From: Planctomycetota bacterium
GTDB taxonomy: Bacteria > Planctomycetota > UBA1135 > UBA2386
Reading direction: 5' to 3'
DNA length: 64,000 bases
Assembly (NCBI GenBank): GCA_965228735.1
Contig: OZ245838.1
Coordinates: 4,480,001 to 4,544,000, forward strand
The position numbers and the translations under genes are program-made. Below the pieces are notes generated by a model, which did not search any database, was not told the origin of the DNA, and saw only the letters and a list, made by a program, of their open reading frames with translations. This document shows, one piece after another, positions 57,793-64,000 of the stretch; within the stretch, counting starts at the first letter, position 1, and each line of letters starts with the position of its first letter.

Positions 57793-58470
57793 TTGTCCGA
57801 TCTGTTCCCAAAGTGGACCAACAAGGTCCCCGGCATGCTCGCGCTCGGCGCGGCTGTTCTGGGCCTGTCCGTCGTGTTCATCGTCTCCTACTGGTTCTCG
57901 CCGAAGCACACGGACGTCGGCTACCAGCCGTTCCAACCGGTCCCGTACAGCCACAAGCTGCACGCGGGCGCGCTCGGAATGGACTGTCGCTACTGCCACC
58001 GCATGGTCGAGGAAGGCCCGCACGCGTCGATCCCGGACAACGACACCTGCATGGGCTGCCACGCGCACGTGAAGAAGGACAGCCAGCTGCTCGCGCCGCT
58101 GCGTGAGGCCTACGGCGATGGTGGCGCGGACAACGAGCCGCTCGAGTGGATCAAGGTCCACATGCTGCCGGACTACGCCTACTTCAACCACGCGGTGCAC
58201 ATCCACGCGGGTGTCGGCTGCCAGAGCTGCCACGGTCGCATCGACCAGATGGAGATCGTGCGCCAGGTGCAGCCGCTGTCGATGGGCTGGTGCCTCGAGT
58301 GTCACCGCGACCCGACGCCGCACATCCGACCCGACTCCGTGTCCGTAACCGAGATGGGCTGGGAGCCCGACGAGGCCAGCATCGCCGCCGCGCGCGCCCG
58401 CCTCGAATGGGCCGGCACGACTCCGCCCGAACTCAACCCGCCGGAGCACTGCTCGGCGTGTCACCGCTAA
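57793..58470 (+). CDS. actA: Alternative complex III pentaheme cytochrome c subunit
   Basis: N-terminal TM; five CxxCH (CRYCH, CMGCH, CQSCH, CLECH, CSACH); TTG start after GGAGGG. Confidence 0.92.
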   Translation: MSDLFPKWTNKVPGMLALGAAVLGLSVVFIVSYWFSPKHTDVGYQPFQPVPYSHKLHAGALGMDCRYCHRMVEEGPHASIPDNDTCMGCHAHVKKDSQLLAPLREAYGDGGADNEPLEWIKVHMLPDYAYFNHAVHIHAGVGCQSCHGRIDQMEIVRQVQPLSMGWCLECHRDPTPHIRPDSVSVTEMGWEPDEASIAAARARLEWAGTTPPELNPPEHCSACHR

Positions 58471-58498
58471 CACCTCGCCAACGCCAACCGCTGCCACG

Positions 58499-61400
58499 AT
58501 GACGAGCACCGATCCCAAGATGACCGAGACCCGCGCCGCAGAGCCTCGGCCGGACGACGCGCAGTCGGCGTCGCCGACGTATTGGCGCAGCTTCGATCAG
58601 CTCGAGAACTCGACCGAGTTCCAGGAGATGGTCGCGCGCGAGTTCCCCGAAGGTGCCGAGGAAGGTCCCGACGCGGTGTCGCGTCGCGGGTTCCTCGGCG
58701 CGGTCGCCGCGTCGGTCGCGCTCGCCGGCATGACGAGTTGCCGCAAGCCCGTTACGCCGATCGTCGCGTTCAACAAGCGCCCGGCGGGCTTCCGTCCCGG
58801 CATCCCCGAGTTCTACGCGTCCACGATCGGGCGCGACGGCTACGGCATCGGCGTCCTCGTCAAGAGCAGTGACGGTCGCCCGACCAAGGTCGAGGGCAAC
58901 GCGATGCACCCGAGCAGCCTCGGCGGTTCGGACATGCGCCTGCAGGCCGAGCTGCTGCAGCTCTACGATCCGGCGCGCAGCCACGCCGCGCGCGGTCCGG
59001 GGGCCGAGGCGCACGACGACGGCCACGGGCATGACGACGGCCATGGCCACGGTCCGGCGATGGACTATTGGGCCGAGTTCGATGCGGTGTGGGAGGAGAA
59101 GCTCCGCGCCGACATCGCGAAGCAGGGCGAGGGCTACCACTTCGTGCTGCCGCCGAGCACGTCGCCGACGCTGCAGGCCCTGATCGGCCGCATCAAGTCG
59201 GTCACGATGCCGAAGGCGCGCTTCCACTTCTGGTCGCCGACGCACGAGGACAACGTGCTCGCCGGCGCGCGACTCGCGTTCGGCCGCCCGCTGACCACGA
59301 CGCACCACTTCAGCAAACCGAACAGCGACGGCAGCCACGAGATGCTGGCGGACGTCGTGCTCGCGGTCGACAGCGATTTCCTCGCGACGGATGGCGACAC
59401 GCTGCGCGCGGCGCGCGAGTGGGGAGCGACCCGCAAGAGCCCGGCGCCCGGTCAGAAGATCTCGCGCCTCTACGCCGTCGAGGCGAGCTACTCGACGACG
59501 GGCGCCGCCGCGGATCACCGCTTCCGCCTCAAGGCGAGCGCGATCCCGACCTTCGTGTTCGCCCTCGCCAAGGCGCTCGGCGTCGCCGGCGACTTCGGCA
59601 GCTCGAGCACGGCTGGCTACACGAAGAACGGCAAGAACTGGTTCAACGCGGTCGTCAAGGACCTGCAGCAGAGCGCCGGTCGCTGTCTCGTGACCGCCGG
59701 TGCAGGCCAGCCCGCCGCCGTTCACGCCGCGGTCCACGCGATCAACGCGCAGCTCGGCAACGTCGGCAAGACGGTGAGCTACCGCCAGGTCGCCGAGGGC
59801 ATGCAGCACGGCGCGGTCGCCGGCCTGCAGGAGCTCAAGGCCGCGCTCGAAGCCGACGCGGTCGACACCCTGTTCTGCCTCGGCACCAACCCGGTCTACG
59901 ACGCGCCCGCGGACTTCAAGTTCGGCGAGCTCGTCGACAAGGCGAAGATGACGGTGCACGTCGGCGACTACGACGACGAGACCGGCCATCACTGCCAGTG
60001 GCACTTCCCGCTCGCGCACGAACTCGAGGCGTGGGGTGACCTGCGCGCGCGCGACGGCACGGCGTCGGTCACGCAGCCGCTGATCCGGCCGCTGCACGGC
60101 GGCGTGTCGGTCCTCGAGTTCCTCGGCTTCCTCTTCCGGGAGACCAACTTCGAGTATCTCGCCGCGAGCCGCGACGGCACGTTCGGCCTCGAGCTCGTCA
60201 AGGCGCACTGGCGCTCGGCGTCGGGCGCGGCCGACTTCGACAACACGTGGTGGCCCAAGGTGCTGCACGACGGCCTGGTCCCCGACTCGGCGTTCGTCGC
60301 CGAGACGGCCACGGTCAACACCGGCGCGATCGGCAACGCGGCCCGCAGCTACTCGGCCGGCGACGGCGTCGAGGTCGTGCTGCGCCGCTGCCCGAAGATG
60401 GACGGCGGCCGGTTCGCGAACAACTCGTGGATGCAGGAGACGCCGGACCCGCTGACGAAGCTGACCTGGGACAACGCCGCGATGCTCAGCATGGCGACGG
60501 CCCAGCGCCTCGGCGTCGAGAACGGCGACCAGCTCACGATCACGGCCGGCGGCGGCACGATCGAGATCCCGGCGTGGATCCTGCCGGGCCACGCCGACGA
60601 CAGTGTCTCGATCTTCCTCGGCTGGGGCCGCGACCTGCCGGCCGACTGCAAGGTCAGCAAGGGTTCGGGCTTCGACGCCTACCCGCTGCGCACGGCCAAC
60701 GCCCAGTGGATCGTCACGGGCGCGACCGTGAGCAAGGCCGGCGGCAGTTACCCGCTCGTCTGCACGCAGGAGCACGGCACGATGGCCGGGCGCGATCTCG
60801 TGCGCGAGGCCGACAAGGCCACCAACGACAGCGACAGCCGCTGGGCCCCGAAGCGCTCGCCGCTCGACAAGGCCGCGCGCCTGCACGACCCGGAGAACGG
60901 CAAGGAAGCCGACCTCAACCACTCGCTCTGGAAGGAGCGTTACGAGGAGGGCGGCATGGACGACGAGGTCAAGAAGGCGCAGTACCAGTGGGGCATGGTC
61001 ATCGACCTCAATGCCTGCACCGGCTGCAGCGCCTGCGTGACCGCGTGCGTCGCCGAGAACAACATCCCGATGGTCGGCAAGATCCAGGTCAGCCGGAACC
61101 GCGAGATGTTCTGGATCCGCGCGGACCGCTACTTCTCGAGCGCACCCGGGGACGACCTCGCCATGGCGGAGGACCCGCAGGTGGCGAACATGCCCGTCCC
61201 GTGCATGCAGTGCGAGAACGCGCCGTGCGAGGCCGTCTGCCCGGTCGCCGCGACCGTCCACAGCCCGGACGGCCTCAACGCGATGGTCTACAACCGCTGC
61301 ATCGGCACGCGCTACTGCAGCAACAACTGCCCCTACAAGGTCCGGCGCTTCAACTACCTCGACTACCTCGGCAACGTGCCCGAGACCAAGCGCATGGCGT

Positions 61401-61723
61401 TCAACCCGGACGTCACCGTGCGCAGTCGCGGCGTGATGGAGAAGTGCACCTACTGCACGCAGCGCCTCAACGGCGCGCGCATCGCGGCCAAGCTCGAGGG
61501 CAAGACCGTCGGCGACGGTGAAGGTCAGATCGCGGTGAAGACGGCGTGCGCCGAAGCGTGCCCGACGAGCGCGATCACCTTCGGCAACCTCAAGGACGAG
61601 ACGAGCGACGTGAGCAAGGCGCGCGCGCTCGACCTCAACTACGGGCTGCTGTCCGAACTCAACACCAAGCCGCGCACCACCTACCTCGGCCGCGTCCGCA
61701 ACCCCAACCCTGAGCTGGCCTGA
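58499..61723 (+). CDS. actB: Alternative complex III ActB (molybdopterin-oxidoreductase-like fold + Fe-S domain)
   Basis: YWRSFDQL, Tat SRRGFL then [59 protein letters not shown]. Confidence 0.95.
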   Translation: MTSTDPKMTETRAAEPRPDDAQSASPTYWRSFDQLENSTEFQEMVAREFPEGAEEGPDAVSRRGFLGAVAASVALAGMTSCRKPVTPIVAFNKRPAGFRPGIPEFYASTIGRDGYGIGVLVKSSDGRPTKVEGNAMHPSSLGGSDMRLQAELLQLYDPARSHAARGPGAEAHDDGHGHDDGHGHGPAMDYWAEFDAVWEEKLRADIAKQGEGYHFVLPPSTSPTLQALIGRIKSVTMPKARFHFWSPTHEDNVLAGARLAFGRPLTTTHHFSKPNSDGSHEMLADVVLAVDSDFLATDGDTLRAAREWGATRKSPAPGQKISRLYAVEASYSTTGAAADHRFRLKASAIPTFVFALAKALGVAGDFGSSSTAGYTKNGKNWFNAVVKDLQQSAGRCLVTAGAGQPAAVHAAVHAINAQLGNVGKTVSYRQVAEGMQHGAVAGLQELKAALEADAVDTLFCLGTNPVYDAPADFKFGELVDKAKMTVHVGDYDDETGHHCQWHFPLAHELEAWGDLRARDGTASVTQPLIRPLHGGVSVLEFLGFLFRETNFEYLAASRDGTFGLELVKAHWRSASGAADFDNTWWPKVLHDGLVPDSAFVAETATVNTGAIGNAARSYSAGDGVEVVLRRCPKMDGGRFANNSWMQETPDPLTKLTWDNAAMLSMATAQRLGVENGDQLTITAGGGTIEIPAWILPGHADDSVSIFLGWGRDLPADCKVSKGSGFDAYPLRTANAQWIVTGATVSKAGGSYPLVCTQEHGTMAGRDLVREADKATNDSDSRWAPKRSPLDKAARLHDPENGKEADLNHSLWKERYEEGGMDDEVKKAQYQWGMVIDLNACTGCSACVTACVAENNIPMVGKIQVSRNREMFWIRADRYFSSAPGDDLAMAEDPQVANMPVPCMQCENAPCEAVCPVAATVHSPDGLNAMVYNRCIGTRYCSNNCPYKVRRFNYLDYLGNVPETKRMAFNPDVTVRSRGVMEKCTYCTQRLNGARIAAKLEGKTVGDGEGQIAVKTACAEACPTSAITFGNLKDETSDVSKARALDLNYGLLSELNTKPRTTYLGRVRNPNPELA

Positions 61724-61728
61724 TCCCG

Positions 61729-63132
61729 ATGACCGCCATCACAGTAATCGACGAACCGGAGAACCCGCTGCGGCGGGCGCCCCTGGTCGAGGGCAACAAC
61801 GACTTCGCGTCGGTGACCGAGACCATCGCCCGCGTCGCGGAGAAGAAGACTCCGCGCGGGTGGTATCTGATGTTCGGCATCTCGGTCGCGCTGCTGCTCA
61901 ACCTGGGCGCCGCGGTCGGCTACCTCGTGTTCACCGGTGTCGGTGTCTGGGGTAACAACGTGCCCGTCGGCTGGGGCTGGCCGATCGTCAACTTCGTCTT
62001 CTGGATCGGCATCGGCCACGCCGGCACGCTGATCTCGGCGGTGCTCTTCCTGTTCCGACAGAAGTGGCGCACCTCGATCAACCGCGCCTCCGAGGCCATG
62101 ACGATCTTCGCCGTCATGGCGGCCGGCATCTTCCCGGCCATCCACGTCGGTCGCATCTGGGTCATCTACTGGGTGTTCCCGCTGCCGAACCAGATGGCGA
62201 TGTGGCCCAACTTCAAGAGCCCGCTGCTCTGGGACGTCTTCGCGGTCTCGACCTACTTCACGATCTCGCTGCTGTTCTGGTACATCGGCCTGGTCCCCGA
62301 CCTCGCGACGTTCCGCGACCGCGCCGTGAAGGCCGGGCGCACGATCGCGGCCAAGGCCTACGGCGTGTTCGCCATGGGCTGGCACGGCAGCAACCGCCAC
62401 TGGCTGCACTACGAGAAGGCCTACCTGATCCTCGCGGGTCTGAGCACGCCGCTCGTCCTGTCGGTGCACTCGATCGTTTCGTTCGACTTCGCGGTCTCGC
62501 TGCTGCCGGGCTGGCACACGACGATCTTCCCGCCGTACTTCGTCGCGGGCGCGATCTTCTCCGGGTTCGGCATGGTGCTGACCCTGATGATCCCGGCGCG
62601 CAAGTGGCTCGGCCTGCACGAGCTGCTGACGCTCAACCACCTGGACAACATCGCGAAGATCCTCCTGCTGACCGGCACGATGGTCGGCTACGCCTACGGG
62701 ATGGAGTTCTTCATCGCGTGGTACTCCGGCGTCGAATACGAGCAGTTCGCGTTCATCAACCGCGCCACGGGCCCCTACTGGTGGTCCTACTGGATCATGG
62801 TGAGCTGCAACGTGATCAGCCCACAGTTCTTCTGGTTCCGGAGTCTGCGTCGCAACCCGACCGTGCTGTTCGTCATCTCGATCTTCGTGAACATCGGGAT
62901 GTGGTTCGAGCGCTTCGTGATCACGGTCACCTCGCTCCACCGCGACTTCCTGCCCTCTAGCTGGGCCTACTTCACGCCAACGCTGATCGACGTGCTCACC
63001 TACGCCGGCAGCTTCGGCCTGTTCTTCACGATGTTCCTGCTGTTCTGCCGCTTCCTGCCGATCCTCGCGATCAGCGAAGTGAAGGGCGTCATGCCGCAGG
63101 CCGACCCGCACCACGGTCAGGACCACCACTAG
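61729..63132 (+). CDS. actC: Alternative complex III ActC (NrfD family)
   Basis: [60 protein letters not shown]. Confidence 0.95.
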   Translation: MTAITVIDEPENPLRRAPLVEGNNDFASVTETIARVAEKKTPRGWYLMFGISVALLLNLGAAVGYLVFTGVGVWGNNVPVGWGWPIVNFVFWIGIGHAGTLISAVLFLFRQKWRTSINRASEAMTIFAVMAAGIFPAIHVGRIWVIYWVFPLPNQMAMWPNFKSPLLWDVFAVSTYFTISLLFWYIGLVPDLATFRDRAVKAGRTIAAKAYGVFAMGWHGSNRHWLHYEKAYLILAGLSTPLVLSVHSIVSFDFAVSLLPGWHTTIFPPYFVAGAIFSGFGMVLTLMIPARKWLGLHELLTLNHLDNIAKILLLTGTMVGYAYGMEFFIAWYSGVEYEQFAFINRATGPYWWSYWIMVSCNVISPQFFWFRSLRRNPTVLFVISIFVNIGMWFERFVITVTSLHRDFLPSSWAYFTPTLIDVLTYAGSFGLFFTMFLLFCRFLPILAISEVKGVMPQADPHHGQDHH

Positions 63133-63157
63133 GCCCGGACTCAAAGGAACTACCGAG

Positions 63158-63709
63158 ATGACATCTGCAACTGCAACGTCAACCGGCAACTGGGGAGTGG
63201 TGGCCGAGTTCGAATCGGCCGCCGCGATCTTCGAAGCCGCGAAGAAGACGACGGACGCGGGCTACACCAAGGTCGACGCCCACACGCCGTTCCCGGTTCA
63301 CAACATCGACCGCCAGCTGAAGCAGCCCGAGAGCGGCCTCGGCTGGATCGTCGTCAGCTGCGGCCTCTGCGGGATCATCCTCGCACAGCTGATGATGTGG
63401 TGGATGAACGCCGTCGACTACCCGATCTGGGTCTCCGGCAAGGAGCCCTACTCGTGGCCGACGACGATCCCGATCACGTTCGAGCTCATGGTCCTGCTGG
63501 CCGGCTTCGGCGCCGTGTTCGGCATGTTCGGTCTCAACCGCCTGCCGCGGTTGCACCACCCGATCTTCCGCCACAGCACGTTCCACCGCGTGACGGACGA
63601 CCGCTTCTTCCTGTCGATCGAGGCGACCGATCCCAAGTTCGATAGCGTTCAGACCAAGACCTTCCTCGAGAGCGTCGGCGGCACCAACGTCGAGATCGTG
63701 GAGGACTGA
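63158..63709 (+). CDS. actD: Alternative complex III ActD (DUF3341)
   Basis: [34 protein letters not shown]. Confidence 0.92.
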   Translation: MTSATATSTGNWGVVAEFESAAAIFEAAKKTTDAGYTKVDAHTPFPVHNIDRQLKQPESGLGWIVVSCGLCGIILAQLMMWWMNAVDYPIWVSGKEPYSWPTTIPITFELMVLLAGFGAVFGMFGLNRLPRLHHPIFRHSTFHRVTDDRFFLSIEATDPKFDSVQTKTFLESVGGTNVEIVED

Positions 63710-63713
63710 CTCG

Positions 63714-64000
63714 ATGACCCGAATCCAACAGATCTTCGTCGCCGGGTGCACCGCCATCGCGCTGCTCACCCTCGCGAGCTGCGAGGGCAGCGACGGTCGC
63801 GACATCTTCCGCGGCGGCACGAGCACGTCGCCGCCGATCCATCTGGTGCTGGACATGGACTTCCAGCCCAAGGTCAAGACGCAGAGCAAGAGCGAGTTCT
63901 TCGGCAACGGCCGCGGCATGCGCATGCCGGTGACGGACATCAATGGCGCCATCGCCGTCGTCCCGCGCGGTTCGCTCGCGGACCCGAAGCTGACCAACAA
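63714..64000 (+). CDS. actE: Alternative complex III ActE lipoprotein cytochrome c, 5' part
   Basis: Own translation [23 protein letters not shown]...[35 protein letters not shown]; lipobox and operon position. The heme motif lies beyond the window. Confidence 0.8.
   Translation, partial: MTRIQQIFVAGCTAIALLTLASCEGSDGRDIFRGGTSTSPPIHLVLDMDFQPKVKTQSKSEFFGNGRGMRMPVTDINGAIAVVPRGSLADPKLTN

Overview
High-GC bacterial chromosome segment; gene content (BatA/vWA-prenyltransferase-NPCBM-S1C cluster, many signal-peptide orphan proteins) suggests Planctomycetota, which is an inference. It holds about 48 CDS and no rRNA, tRNA, CRISPR array or transposase that I could recognise. Layout: (1) an 18.6-kb minus-strand envelope cluster (beta-propeller/TPR protein, two prenyltransferase-repeat paralogs, BatA-vWA, vWA, two coiled-coil proteins, TPR, NPCBM, two HtrA-like proteins); (2) an HTTM protein and its partner; (3) housekeeping genes (M48 peptidase, SDR, lemA, dapF, beta-CASP, kinase-aminotransferase III fusion, PIG-L, phosphoesterase); (4) parA-parB with a parS site inside parB, suggesting origin proximity; (5) HNH, hemW, sigma70; (6) carbamoyltransferase-SxtJ-DUF5989 with two SGNH paralogs split by an FG-GAP gene; (7) the start of an alternative complex III operon (actABCDE). 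The most striking signal: the ORF calls 4880..6625 and 4628..4846 lie in one reading frame interrupted only by two UGA codons 15 nt apart (GGG-U-TGSG-U-GG), each followed at bacterial-SECIS-like spacing by its own hairpin. This is a candidate double-selenocysteine (or programmed UGA-readthrough) secreted protein unlike the selenoenzyme families I know.
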